This document shows positions 8,339-18,246 of a stretch of DNA of 64,000 nt, in pieces. A program made the translations under genes and the position numbers. Positions within the stretch are counted from its first letter, which is position 1. Every line of letters starts with the position of its first letter. The notes beneath the pieces are model-generated. The model did not search any database and was not told where the DNA came from. It saw only the letters and a list, made by a program, of their open reading frames with translations. The DNA is taken from NCBI GenBank assembly GCA_016934635.1, contig JAFGSK010000044.1, positions 27,708 through 91,707 of the forward strand. Direction: 5' to 3'. The stretch is from a candidate division WOR-3 bacterium (GTDB lineage Bacteria; Hydrothermota; Tepidihabitantia; B3-TA06).

Positions 8339-9547
8339 TTACAGTCTTTTTAAGAGTTTCATGCCTATCTCCGCTCCCCACTGGTGGGCCTGGGCAAGCA
8401 TGCTATCATCGGCAACGTACTTGACGCGCAGCGGTTCCGCCGCTATCTCAATCCCCATATCGGTAAGATAGGCGGTCAGATGTTTGCACGCCTCGCCTGA
8501 CCAGCCAAAGGAGCCGAACACCCCGCCCAAAAGATTCCTGGGTTTGAGTCCCTTGAGGTAGGTGAGGGCATCGGCCAGGGAAGGAAACATCTGGTTGTTG
8601 ATGGTGGGTGAGCCGACGATCAATGCGCCGGCCTCCAGTATCTCGGTGGCGATGTCGGAACGATGGGCGCCGGATAAGGGCAGAACCTTGGCCCGGCATC
8701 CTGACTCACGAACACCGTCGGCAATGGCGTCTGCCATGTGCTGGGTAGTGTGCCACATGGTGTCGTAAACTATTACCGCCTTGTCGACAGGCTTCTGCTC
8801 GGCCCATTTCACGTAGTTGCCGATGATCCAGGATATCTGCTCCGGTTTGCGCCATACCGGCCCGTGATCGGGACAGACATAGTTTATGGGTACACCCAGT
8901 CCCTGAACACTATCCAAGGCCTGAGCAATCGTCTGGGTATAAAGAAGAAGGATATTAGAGTAGTATTTGGCGGCCTCGGCGTAAAGGAGCGATTCGGGGA
9001 GCTGATCGGCAAAGCGCTCGGTGGACGCCATGTGCATACCGAATCCGTCCTGGGAGAACAAGAGCTTGTCTCGGTCCAGATAGGTCATCATGGAATCGGG
9101 CCAGTGAACCATCCGGGTTTCCACAGCGGACAGACTCATATTGCCTAGGTCTATCTTGTCGCCGGTCTTGACCGCCTGGATATCCCTGGAGTGATGGAAA
9201 TGTTCGGCTAACGCCTTGACGCCCATCACCGAAGCAAACACCTTCTCCGGCTTGAGCGCATCGATAGTCTGGATTAATGAACCGGAGTGGTCCATTTCCG
9301 AGTGGTTGGAAACGATAATCTCGATTTTATCAGGCTCGATTACCGAACGGATTCTTGACATCATCTCCGCAAAGAACGGCGCCTTGACGGTATCGATCAA
9401 CGCAGGCTTCTCGGCCGTAACTAAGTAGGCATTATAGGTAGTGCCACGTCTGGTGGCGTACCCGTGAAAATCCCTGATCCCCCAGTCCACAGCTCCCACC
9501 CAGTAGACGTTTTCCGAGATTTTTACGGCCTTGAAAGGCAGGTTCAT
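8339..9547 (-). CDS. fprA: Flavodiiron protein FprA (O2/NO reductase)
   Basis: GTTYNAYL, NHSEMDHSG, HWPDSM and PDHGP motifs, plus a C-terminal flavodoxin domain. Confidence 0.95.
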   Translation of the reverse strand: MNLPFKAVKISENVYWVGAVDWGIRDFHGYATRRGTTYNAYLVTAEKPALIDTVKAPFFAEMMSRIRSVIEPDKIEIIVSNHSEMDHSGSLIQTIDALKPEKVFASVMGVKALAEHFHHSRDIQAVKTGDKIDLGNMSLSAVETRMVHWPDSMMTYLDRDKLLFSQDGFGMHMASTERFADQLPESLLYAEAAKYYSNILLLYTQTIAQALDSVQGLGVPINYVCPDHGPVWRKPEQISWIIGNYVKWAEQKPVDKAVIVYDTMWHTTQHMADAIADGVRESGCRAKVLPLSGAHRSDIATEILEAGALIVGSPTINNQMFPSLADALTYLKGLKPRNLLGGVFGSFGWSGEACKHLTAYLTDMGIEIAAEPLRVKYVADDSMLAQAHQWGAEIGMKLLKRL

Positions 9548-9638
9548 CTATTCCTCCAACCCGTAACACACCACTTCTAAAGGGGTTAATAAATTGCAAT
9601 CACCAGGTTTGCTTCCGTTGGTTGTTAAGCAAGAGGTA

Positions 9639-10142
9639 TCATGTCTTTCTTGCCTGCTGTGCCCTTTGTAATAACCTCGATACAGCGTAACAGACCTTTA
9701 AGAGAAATGCCCGGTCCTCTTCTGAAAAGGCGTCAACCGTATGAGAATCGATATCCAATTCACCCATCACCTCTCCAAGATGCAGCATGGGAAGCACGAT
9801 CTCTGAACGAACAGTAGGGCTACAGGCAAGGTAGTTCGTTTCTTTTGAAACGTCGGGAACGATAAATGTTTTCTTGCGTGACGCGGCCTGACCGCATATA
9901 CCTTGTCCGAAGGCAATCCTTACGTGCTCGGTAGGTTCTCCTGCAAATGGCCCGAGTACGAGTTCCTGATCTGCATTGGGGTCGGTGAGATAAAAACCTA
10001 CCCAGTCGTAATAAGGCACTTCCTGCATCAGGACTTCGCAAATCGTCTGTAAAGCCGTATCCGGATCGTCCGAACTCCTGGTGGCCTGACTTACTTTATG
10101 TATTAGACTTGAGAATAATTCATTTTTTTGCTCTTCAGTCAT
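9639..10142 (-). CDS. msrC: GAF-domain protein, free methionine-R-sulfoxide reductase-like
   Basis: DWVGFY, LGPFAG, GQGICG, YLACS...SEIVLP and LDIDS motifs. Confidence 0.8.
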   Translation of the reverse strand: MTEEQKNELFSSLIHKVSQATRSSDDPDTALQTICEVLMQEVPYYDWVGFYLTDPNADQELVLGPFAGEPTEHVRIAFGQGICGQAASRKKTFIVPDVSKETNYLACSPTVRSEIVLPMLHLGEVMGELDIDSHTVDAFSEEDRAFLLKVCYAVSRLLQRAQQARKT

Positions 10143-10497
10143 TTTCTTTTTTCTCCTCAGGTTTGGAGATGATTTCGCGCCAACAGTCCACCGCTCTGCG
10201 AAGATGAGGGATAGTAATCGAACCAGCCACCATCAAAGCCACCATCATAGCTTCCTCCAACTCCGCCGAAGAGACCCCTTCCTCTGCGCAGCGCACCAGA
10301 TGATAGGTGATGCAGTCATCGCATCTGAGAACCATGGATGCCACCAGTCCCAGCAGCTCCTTGGTTCGTGCATCGAGTGCTCCAGTCTGATAGACGGTTA
10401 AATCAAGGTGATGGAATATCTTCATGTCCTTTCCCGCGAATTCCATCGCCTGCTTGTGAAGACGTTCTCGCTCTTTTTTGAAATTTTCGATATCCAT
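10135..10497 (-). CDS. Carboxymuconolactone decarboxylase/AhpD family protein
   Basis: GALDARTKELLGLVAS...RCDDCITYH. Confidence 0.9.
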   Translation of the reverse strand: MDIENFKKERERLHKQAMEFAGKDMKIFHHLDLTVYQTGALDARTKELLGLVASMVLRCDDCITYHLVRCAEEGVSSAELEEAMMVALMVAGSITIPHLRRAVDCWREIISKPEEKKEND

Positions 10498-10569
10498 CAG
10501 TAAACCCTAATTTGCTTAAACTTGATTTAGTATCAGCACCGATTTGTCTGTGTCAAGCCAATCCGGTGT

Positions 10570-11082
10570 TTATTCATCCCCATAGAAGTCGAACTCCTTT
10601 ACATCCAGCCAGAACCCGGATTTTGACACCGAATCCAGCTCGGCCTGAACCAGGGCAAGATGTCCTTCCTCTATCTCCAGAAAATGAGCGAACATCTTCT
10701 GTGCATCCCCGGGAAGCTCTGAAACCATCTTGCGATAGAACCCGGATGTTACCCGCTCGGCTTTTAAAGCCTGCTCAAGCATGTTAATCTCTGCACCGTA
10801 GTCATATCCAGACAGTTGTTCCTCCATCTTCTCGGTTCCCGCTTCTATCTTTTCTTTTGAAGGCAGGGCAGTTCGCAAACCTTCGACGGTTAATTCTCCT
10901 GAGGCCTCGAGTTCAGTCAGTTTTATATTCAGGTAGTCGAGGTGGTGCTGTTCCTCTAATGCCATGAGCTTGAATATACGCTTGCCATTATCGTCGGTTG
11001 CCTTCTGGAGAGCCTCTAGATACACGTCTCTCACCTTTGTTTCGTATTCAATCGCGGTCTTGATTGCCTCTTCAACGGTCAT
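10570..11082 (-). CDS. Rubrerythrin/ferritin-like diiron protein
   Basis: Duplicated E...EExH motifs (EEQHH, EEGH). Confidence 0.88.
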   Translation of the reverse strand: MTVEEAIKTAIEYETKVRDVYLEALQKATDDNGKRIFKLMALEEQHHLDYLNIKLTELEASGELTVEGLRTALPSKEKIEAGTEKMEEQLSGYDYGAEINMLEQALKAERVTSGFYRKMVSELPGDAQKMFAHFLEIEEGHLALVQAELDSVSKSGFWLDVKEFDFYGDE

Positions 11083-11134
11083 CGAATTCCTCCTAAGTTT
11101 TACTCATTTTACGTGTAATCATACGGTACGCAAG

Positions 11135-11590
11135 TTATCGTATGACAATATCGGGTCCGGATGTTTTAAATGAATCTGGATCGGCTACGAAATCTTCAAT
11201 CCTTGATTTTATTCCATCCCGTAACTTGCGGAACCCGTCCAACAGGTCCTCTTCGCTACCAGTTGCACCTACAGGGTCCGGAAATGGCCAGTGAAGGGAG
11301 GCGCCTGTCTTACCGACAAACGACGGGCAGTTATTTACGCCACATAGGCTGATAACGAAGTCGAATTCCTGCCCGGTGAACTCTTGCACGTGCTTGGAGC
11401 GATGGTTCGATACATCAATCCCCGACTCGTCCATCACCTGAATTACCCGGGGATGAACGTAGGATGGCACTGTTCCGGCGGAAAAAGCCTCGAAACGATG
11501 CCCACCAAGATGTCGGAGCAGACCCTCGGCCATCTGGGAACGGCAGGAGTTGCCCAGGCAGAGGAAGAGGACACGGATTTTATCGCTCAT
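11135..11590 (-). CDS. arsC: Arsenate reductase ArsC (LMW-PTP fold)
   Basis: CLGNSCRSQMAEG, ISLC...CP and HWPFPDP motifs. ATG 11590. Confidence 0.92.
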   Translation of the reverse strand: MSDKIRVLFLCLGNSCRSQMAEGLLRHLGGHRFEAFSAGTVPSYVHPRVIQVMDESGIDVSNHRSKHVQEFTGQEFDFVISLCGVNNCPSFVGKTGASLHWPFPDPVGATGSEEDLLDGFRKLRDGIKSRIEDFVADPDSFKTSGPDIVIR

Positions 11591-11731
11591 TGTTGTCCTT
11601 TGGAACGTAACAACCACGTTGTTGCGGCATAAAAAAGAACCATCCTTCGAATCGTTAGTCCACTGCACTTCATAACAAGAAATACAAAAGTATCCTTTGT
11701 CGAAAGGGAGTTTTCTAAGTCAGTAACGGAT

Positions 11732-11941
11732 CTAGGAACTGTTGTGGGGAAAGCCTAACTCAACCAGTCTCGTCGTAATATCCTCCCATGTAGCCGGGTC
11801 TTTCCAGCTAATCCTAGCCTCTCTGGTTGTTATATCTACCTTCACGTCTTCGACACCCTCTAATTTACATAGCTCTTCCCTTAAGGTAAGAATGCTGTAA
11901 TGTCCCCTTATCCCGGGTATGTGCACTATTTTTTTGCTCAT
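11732..11941 (-). CDS. HMA/CopZ-fold protein lacking CxxC
   Basis: Aligns by eye with the neighbouring CopZ-like ORF (REL..GV..V...W..PATWE.I...L.E); metal loop reads IRGHYS. Confidence 0.75.
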   Translation of the reverse strand: MSKKIVHIPGIRGHYSILTLREELCKLEGVEDVKVDITTREARISWKDPATWEDITTRLVELGFPHNSS

Positions 11942-11978
11942 CTGAACTCCTAACAGCCTTTACAATTCTGTTCATTAA

Positions 11979-12197
11979 TTAACAATTAACACTCTGGCGA
12001 ACCGGATAATCGATTTCACGAAGCTTTGCCTCGATTACCTCCCACGTTGCAGGCGAGCTCCACTTAATGTAAACCTCGTGCAGAGGGAGGTTTATGAGAA
12101 CCTTTTTCACCCCATCAATCTCTCCAAGTTCCCTTTTTATGCTTTCTACGCAATAGACGCAGCTTATATTCGGTACGAATACTGTCTTCTCGTTCAT
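11979..12197 (-). CDS. CopZ-like heavy-metal chaperone
   Basis: VPNISCVYCVESI. AGGAG SD before ATG 12197; an alternative leaderless start exists at 12308/12311. Confidence 0.85.
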   Translation of the reverse strand: MNEKTVFVPNISCVYCVESIKRELGEIDGVKKVLINLPLHEVYIKWSSPATWEVIEAKLREIDYPVRQSVNC

Positions 12198-12596
12198 CTT
12201 TATCGCTCCTGGCTCTCCTCGTTTGACCTTAAAAAAGGGATCTTTATAGTTATCGCGCACTTCCCCTAAAGTCTCGCCGTAGGTCTCTTTTCTGATGTAG
12301 CTTAGCATCATTATTATTATAGGATTTTTGTAGAGTTGGTCAAGGTCATATTCCTCATTCCTGGGCTAATATCGAATCAACCAGCATAACCCCCAAATAT
12401 ACATAACTTACAAGAATCGCTATTAATCTCACCCGGATAGAATCACTGTTGATGCGGTTTTTGATAAATGAGTTGTCCTATTGACTTGATGGATATTCCT
12501 CTTACAATAATATCGGTGCAAACGAGTGTTTTAGAAAGAGGAGTCAATAGGGCTGCAAGGTGCTTTATATCTGAACTTCTCCGATCCCCTTTACTT

Positions 12597-13292
12597 ATGT
12601 CAACGGATAACAGCGAATCTTCGTCTGGAAAGAAGAGGCAGACGAGGCCACCAGACCATACGCTAGATGCGTTTGGGTCCCCGGTTGCCTCCGATGCCGA
12701 GCTTCTGGCAGGAATTCGTGCCGGGGATATGCGGTCGTGCCGCTTGTTGGTTGAACGCTACCAGAGGCTCTTGTACAGTATTGCATACGGACTGGTTGGA
12801 GACCACAGCGAGGCGGATGACGCCGTGCAGGAGGTCTTCATCAGGTTCTTTGAAAAAGCGCATCGCAAGGTCCGTAAACCCGGAGCGCTCAAGACTTACC
12901 TCGCACGGAGTACGACTAACGAATGTATCGACAGGTTACGCCGCATGAAGCGCAAACCTACGGTTTCGTTAGACGGATTGGAAGCGGTTGAGACGATACC
13001 TTTCGAGGATGGTCGAACTCCTCAGGAAGACATGAGACGGAAGGAACTTGGGGAGTTAATCAACTGGGCGCTCGGTGAGTTATCGGTAAGACAAAGGAAG
13101 GTAATTATCCTTTCGCTTACCGAAGGACTGAGCTATACGGAGATCGCAGAAGTGCTCGAATGCGAAGAGGTGACGGTGCGAACTCATCTGCACCGTGCGC
13201 GAAAACGTCTACAAAAACTTCTGGGACCAAGGCTGCGCGAGTTGGAGGCAGGATTGATAAAGAGAAGGAAAAAAGGGACCAAAGATGTCTGA
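12597..13292 (+). CDS. ECF sigma-70 factor
   Basis: Region 2 ADDAVQEVF...YLARSTTNECID and region 4 GLSYTEIAEVL...TVRTHLHRAR. Start uncertain. Confidence 0.92.
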   Translation: MSTDNSESSSGKKRQTRPPDHTLDAFGSPVASDAELLAGIRAGDMRSCRLLVERYQRLLYSIAYGLVGDHSEADDAVQEVFIRFFEKAHRKVRKPGALKTYLARSTTNECIDRLRRMKRKPTVSLDGLEAVETIPFEDGRTPQEDMRRKELGELINWALGELSVRQRKVIILSLTEGLSYTEIAEVLECEEVTVRTHLHRARKRLQKLLGPRLRELEAGLIKRRKKGTKDV

Positions 13293-13815
13293 AAACGAAT
13301 GTCAGAAGGTAAGAGGGCTTCTTGCCGTATTCCTGGCTGACGGAATGGATGACGCTCAAAAAGCCAGCATCCGCAGGCATCTGGGGACTTGTGAATCGTG
13401 CCGGAAGGCTTTAGCCGCTGAAACCCGTCTGAATCGCGTCTTACGCCAGGCTATACGCCCCAGGGTCAATCCCTCCTACTGGGAACGCACCTGGCCCCGA
13501 ATCCAGGTCGCCCTGGTCGCCCGCAGGCAGCGCCGTCGAGGCCGGGTTCTGCGCTGGGTGCTGTCAGGCGCCGGTGCTCTTGCCGCCGCTGCCCTTCTGT
13601 TCATGACTACACATCTGCCCCCATTCTCGGTTACCAGATTGAGTACCCACGACGCATCCTTCTTTACCAAGCTACCGACCGATCCGCCCACCCTTCAAGA
13701 AGTCCTCGGAACTTCACAGGAATCCGAAGCCTCGACCGAACTGGCGATACTCAGCATGGGACACGCCTCGCCTTCCGAGCGGGTAATTCACTGGGAAAAC
13801 CTGGAGGGCTTCTGA
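13285..13815 (+). CDS. Zinc-binding anti-sigma factor (ZAS, zf-HC2)
   Basis: HLGTCESC (HxxxCxxC) followed by one TM helix; overlaps the sigma gene. Confidence 0.88.
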   Translation: MSENECQKVRGLLAVFLADGMDDAQKASIRRHLGTCESCRKALAAETRLNRVLRQAIRPRVNPSYWERTWPRIQVALVARRQRRRGRVLRWVLSGAGALAAAALLFMTTHLPPFSVTRLSTHDASFFTKLPTDPPTLQEVLGTSQESEASTELAILSMGHASPSERVIHWENLEGF

Positions 13816-13867
13816 GATGAACCCCGTGACTCCCGGTCGTAGCCGTTCTAACGATAAAGGAAAGGTG

Positions 13868-14659
13868 ATGCGGTTGTTGGTCACGGGTCTGGGAATCCTT
13901 ACACTTGCCTTTACGGCACTCTCATGTGCACGCAAGCCGGTCAAGCTGCGCTGGAAACTCGAAGCAGGTAAAACCTACGCTTTTCGGGCAGAGGTTACGG
14001 GTTCGTGGAGGATAGAAGGCTGGGAACAAGGGGAGCGCGGAGGAGATTACGGAAAGCTCTTCACCTCGGAAATGATGATTCTCGCTATAGAAGAAGATTC
14101 TTCGTTCAGTGTGCAGGAAACCATCGAGCTAATCCGCGAGGGAAAGAAGTTCAAACCGACCGTGGTAGTCTACCGCATGTCGCCCAACGGCAAGATTTAC
14201 GGCATCGAGAGTCTCGAAGCGGATACCGCGACCCAGGTTTTTGCGTCCCAGGAGCGGCGCGAGCAATTCCTCGAACAGACCCAACCCACCTATCCTGACC
14301 GTGAACTGGCTAAGGGCGACAACTGGGTGCAGGAAACCAAGGTGGTGTTGGACGACAGGGTTATCGCCGCCACAAACGAGTTCGAGGTCAAGGACTGGGA
14401 AAAGGTCGAAGACTACATGTGCCTGCGAATAGACTACAAGGGCCAGATGGTCGTTCCGCACAAGAAAGGCGAAGCCCAGCTTCTGGACAAAGGCGCGGCT
14501 CACGGAAGCATCTGGTTTGCGCCTGAGCAAGGGCTTCTTATCCAGCAGATAGATTCCGTAACCGTTGCGACCACTAGGGTGATGCCTGAGGGTGAGGAGA
14601 CCCCTGCAACGTACATAGTGGAGTACGTGCACATCTACCAGTTGGAAGAGATCGAGTAA
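13868..14659 (+). CDS. Lipoprotein in the ECF operon (DUF6263-like)
   Basis: Lipobox ALSC; LRWKLEAGKTY and YPDRELAKGDNW motifs. Confidence 0.7.
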   Translation: MRLLVTGLGILTLAFTALSCARKPVKLRWKLEAGKTYAFRAEVTGSWRIEGWEQGERGGDYGKLFTSEMMILAIEEDSSFSVQETIELIREGKKFKPTVVVYRMSPNGKIYGIESLEADTATQVFASQERREQFLEQTQPTYPDRELAKGDNWVQETKVVLDDRVIAATNEFEVKDWEKVEDYMCLRIDYKGQMVVPHKKGEAQLLDKGAAHGSIWFAPEQGLLIQQIDSVTVATTRVMPEGEETPATYIVEYVHIYQLEEIE

Positions 14660-14678
14660 CGTTCCTTCCTTACCGTAC

Positions 14679-14699
14679 AAGCGCCAAGGGCGCTTTTTT
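14679..14699 (+). terminator. Intrinsic terminator
   Basis: AAGCGCC-aag-GGCGCTT followed by a T run. Confidence 0.8.
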
Positions 14700-14756
14700 G
14701 TTGGCCTGTGAGTGGTTGCGCTTGACATTTGTCCTAAAGAACCTTAATATCTTTTT

Positions 14757-15431
14757 ATGGATACCGTATTCGTTGTCGATACCCTCGTTGACACGTTAAT
14801 CCAGCATACTACGGACACCCTGCTAGTGGCACAAGGTTCGAGTGGTTGGCAAATTGCAGGTGTGTTCGCGACAATTGCAATGGCAGTAGGTACAATCATC
14901 TTAGCTTTTTTTACCTATCTAGCTATTCGGAATAATAGCAAGTGGAATAAACGGATTGAAAAACGATCTTTGGAGTGGAACAAACGTATTGTAAGGATGC
15001 GAACGTTACCTTTTTTAGGTTTTGACGGGGGGAAGTATTATAGAAATTCAGAGCCACCTGGGTGTGTATCAAGTTTTAAACTCAGGGCTAAAAACATAGG
15101 TGTAGGTCCTATTTTATCACAGAACATACGTGCCACACAAGGAAGTGCTCAATTTAGTGCTGTGATCGAAGGTGCAGGAACTTTGCTTAAAGGACTTGGA
15201 GTTAATGAAGAAGAAGTAATTGTGTTTACCAAGAAAAATCCATCCGATAAATCGACCGGTTCTATTAAACTTCTCGTTGTATTATTGACGATCCTTGGAG
15301 AGACCATTAAGATTCATTACATAATCAATAAACCAATCGAGGAATCCTCTTTACCTGGGTTGGGACATCTAGAAATTGAAGGTGAAGTAATAAGACTTGG
15401 AACGGTACAAAAATGTATTGCTCGGATTTGA
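14757..15431 (+). CDS. AT-rich single-pass membrane protein, hypothetical
   Basis: TM helix at about residues 30-57; leaderless-type promoter upstream. Confidence 0.7.
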   Translation: MDTVFVVDTLVDTLIQHTTDTLLVAQGSSGWQIAGVFATIAMAVGTIILAFFTYLAIRNNSKWNKRIEKRSLEWNKRIVRMRTLPFLGFDGGKYYRNSEPPGCVSSFKLRAKNIGVGPILSQNIRATQGSAQFSAVIEGAGTLLKGLGVNEEEVIVFTKKNPSDKSTGSIKLLVVLLTILGETIKIHYIINKPIEESSLPGLGHLEIEGEVIRLGTVQKCIARI

Positions 15432-15492
15432 TGTGCGAAGATATCCTAAATCCTAGGAGGGGAACTGGAGGTGCATACGATTCAATCGGCGC

Positions 15493-16770
15493 TCAAAACT
15501 CGAAGTGCTTCTCAGCCAAAAATACGTGCTGGACCTTGCCCTTCAGGGTCTTTCCGAACCAGGGGGAGTTTTGCGACAGCGAGCGGTTGCTTTCCGCGTC
15601 GAACACCCAGCTTACACCGGGATCGAAAACCATCAGATCAGCAGGCTCGCCTTCCTTCAGTTCCAGCTTCCTGCCTAAAACCTCAGCCGGGCCGACGGTA
15701 AGCAGCGCAAGCAGGCGTTCAGGGGCGAGGGTGCGGGTGTCAATCAAGGCCTCCCAAAGGACCGAAAGCGCGGTCTGCAGGCCTATCATCCCTGCCGGAG
15801 CAAGATCCAGCTCCTGCTCCTTTTCCTCAAGGGGGTGCGGCGCGTGGTCGGTGGCAATCGCCTGAATAGTACCGTCCTTGAGCGCTGCGACGAGCGCCTT
15901 GCGGTCTTCCTCAGTCCGCAGGGGCGGGTTAACCTTAAAATTCGCGTCGAACTCACTCAGCTTCTCATCGGTAAGGAGCAGGTGATGGGGCGTCGCCTCG
16001 GCAGTCACCTTGACGTCTCTGGAACGAGCCTCGCGAACAAGTTGGACTCCGCGGGCGGTCGTGAGATGGGCTACGTGCAGGTGTGAACCGGTATACGCGG
16101 CAAGGGCGATGTCGCGTTCGAGCGCCACCTCCTCGGCTACCGAAGGGCGAACCTTGAGACCCAGCCTTGCAGACACCGTGCTTTCGTTCATTACGCCGTC
16201 AGCGCACATGGTCGGTTCCTCCGCGTGGGTTATGACCGGTAAGCCCAGCATACCTGCATACTCCAATGCCCTGCGCATCACCTCAGCGGAAACTATCCAG
16301 TCGCCGTCGTCTGAAACTGCTATGACCCCTCCTTCCTTGAGCATCCCGTATTCGGCAATCTCGACACCTTCGCGTTTCTTGGTAACGGTACCGATGGGCA
16401 GTATCCGGGCAAGCCCCAACTCCTCGGAGCGTTTGCTGATGAATGCCGCCTGCTCACGGGTGTCGGTGGGCGGGCAGGTGTTAGGCATTGCGCATACGGT
16501 GGTGAAGCCTCCGGCAAGGGCGGCCCAGGCGCCTGTTTCCAGGGTCTCGGTATCCTCACGCCCCGGCTCTCGCAGGTGCACGTGAAGGTCAATCAGGCCT
16601 GGTGAGATCAGCTTGTTCTCAGCCTCGATCGCCTTGGCGTCCGATTCGGGCGAGATCGTTGCGGCTATCTTCTTGATTCGACCTTCGGCAATCTCAATAT
16701 CGACTTTTTTTAATGCCTTCTCCTGAGGGAAGAAGGCGTATCCTCCATGAATTACATACCTATCGCTCAA
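15493..16770 (-). CDS. pyrC: Dihydroorotase
   Basis: DLHVHLREPG, MPNT, NPPLR and ATDHAPH motifs. TTG start about 16770. Confidence 0.95.
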   Translation of the reverse strand: MSDRYVIHGGYAFFPQEKALKKVDIEIAEGRIKKIAATISPESDAKAIEAENKLISPGLIDLHVHLREPGREDTETLETGAWAALAGGFTTVCAMPNTCPPTDTREQAAFISKRSEELGLARILPIGTVTKKREGVEIAEYGMLKEGGVIAVSDDGDWIVSAEVMRRALEYAGMLGLPVITHAEEPTMCADGVMNESTVSARLGLKVRPSVAEEVALERDIALAAYTGSHLHVAHLTTARGVQLVREARSRDVKVTAEATPHHLLLTDEKLSEFDANFKVNPPLRTEEDRKALVAALKDGTIQAIATDHAPHPLEEKEQELDLAPAGMIGLQTALSVLWEALIDTRTLAPERLLALLTVGPAEVLGRKLELKEGEPADLMVFDPGVSWVFDAESNRSLSQNSPWFGKTLKGKVQHVFLAEKHFEF

Positions 16771-17695
16771 GCTCGCCTCCTGCCAGTATATATAGTATAG
16801 CCATTCGTACGGCGACCCCGGCTCGCACCTGGGCCAGTACAACGGAGTGTGGACCGTCGGCAACCCTGGGTTCTATCTCTATGCCTCTGTTCATCGGCCC
16901 GGGATGCATAACCACTACGTCGGACTTTGCCTTCTTCAGTCGTTCGGCGGTAAGGCAGTAAAGCTTGCGGTACTCCCTTATGGACGGGAAAAGCCCTCTT
17001 CGCTGTCGCTCAAGCTGCATCCTGAGCATCATTATAATGTCTTTGCCCTCTAGCGCTCGGTCGAAATCGGCGGTGATTTCGAGGTCAGGATAGGCTTTGC
17101 CCAGCTCTTTCGGAATCAGGGTAGGAGGGCCGCATACGGAAACCTTGGCTCCAAGTGTGGAGAATCCGACGGCTGCCGAGCGGAAAACCCGGCTGTGGGT
17201 TATGTCACCGACGATAAGGATGCTCTTTCCTTCGAGTGAACCCAGGCGCTTGCGTGCGGAGAAAAGGTCCAGAAGCCCCTGGGTTGGGTGCTCGTGAGCG
17301 CCGTCGCCCGCGTTGATTACAAAGGCTTCAATACGGTCTGCGATAAACCTTGCCGCGCCCGGGCAGGAATGCCTGATGACCACCCCATCCACCCGCATCG
17401 ACTCGATCGTTCGTACCGTATCCAGCAGGGTCTCACCTTTCTGTACCGCCGAGGTCGATTTGCTGAAGCCGACTACGTCTGCAGAAAGGCGCTTGCCTGC
17501 CATGGCAAACGACATGGAGGTTCGGGTGGAAGGTTCGTAGAACATATTAAGGATAGTCTTGCCGCGCAGGGCAGGGACGAAGGGAATCGGTCTTTCCAGC
17601 ACCTCGTGGAAACGCTCGGCGGTATCCAGGATAAAGGTTAACTCCTCGACGGCCAACCCTTCCAGTCCGAGAAGATTCTTGTGTTTCCAGGTCAC
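16760..17695 (-). CDS. pyrB: Aspartate carbamoyltransferase catalytic subunit
   Basis: FYEPSTRT, HEHPTQGLLD and MHPGPMNRG motifs. Confidence 0.97.
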   Translation of the reverse strand: MTWKHKNLLGLEGLAVEELTFILDTAERFHEVLERPIPFVPALRGKTILNMFYEPSTRTSMSFAMAGKRLSADVVGFSKSTSAVQKGETLLDTVRTIESMRVDGVVIRHSCPGAARFIADRIEAFVINAGDGAHEHPTQGLLDLFSARKRLGSLEGKSILIVGDITHSRVFRSAAVGFSTLGAKVSVCGPPTLIPKELGKAYPDLEITADFDRALEGKDIIMMLRMQLERQRRGLFPSIREYRKLYCLTAERLKKAKSDVVVMHPGPMNRGIEIEPRVADGPHSVVLAQVRAGVAVRMAILYILAGGELER

Positions 17696-18246
17696 TGAGC
17701 CTCTCCGATGTTTTCCCGTTTTTTGATAAAGATTCCCTCACGCTGATCTGTTTCCTCGAAGTACACGTCGACAATCTCGTCGTGTGCGGCAGGTATCTTT
17801 CTGCCGATGAAATCGGCGCCAATGGGCAGTTCACGGTGTACCCTGTCTACAAGAACAGCGAGTTGAATCATCCTGGGCCTGCCGAAATCGAGCAGCTCAG
17901 TTAGTGCCGCGCGCACGGTGCGACCGGTATAGAGAACGTCGTCAACCAGTACGATTATCTTACCGTCGATTTTAAAAGGGATCGAAGATGCCTGGACTAT
18001 GGGCATATCTGCGGCAAGTTTGAGATCGTCTCTATAAAGGGTAATATCAATCGCCCCCACTGGTATCTTTTCCGCTTCCAAACGCTCTAGTTTAGCTGCC
18101 AGTCTTTGGGCCAGCACGTCCCCCCGCCTGACAATCCCGACGAGAACCAGATTTTTCACTCCCCTGTTGCGTTCGATTATCTGAGTTGCGATGCGTATAA
18201 CCATGCGGTTGATTTCCGCTGCATCGGCCAACTGGTGTTCAGACAT
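17692..18246 (-). CDS. pyrR: PyrR regulator / uracil phosphoribosyltransferase
   Basis: IDITLYRDD, LVDDVLYTGRT and HRELPI motifs. Confidence 0.95.
   Translation of the reverse strand: MSEHQLADAAEINRMVIRIATQIIERNRGVKNLVLVGIVRRGDVLAQRLAAKLERLEAEKIPVGAIDITLYRDDLKLAADMPIVQASSIPFKIDGKIIVLVDDVLYTGRTVRAALTELLDFGRPRMIQLAVLVDRVHRELPIGADFIGRKIPAAHDEIVDVYFEETDQREGIFIKKRENIGEAQ

Noticed and set aside
11587-11673. 28-aa ORF upstream of arsC
   Set aside because: No SD, promoter or motif support.
12573-12603. Autoregulatory sigmaE promoter GAACTT...GTCAA
   Set aside because: The spacer is 20 nt, too long for the 16-17 nt consensus.
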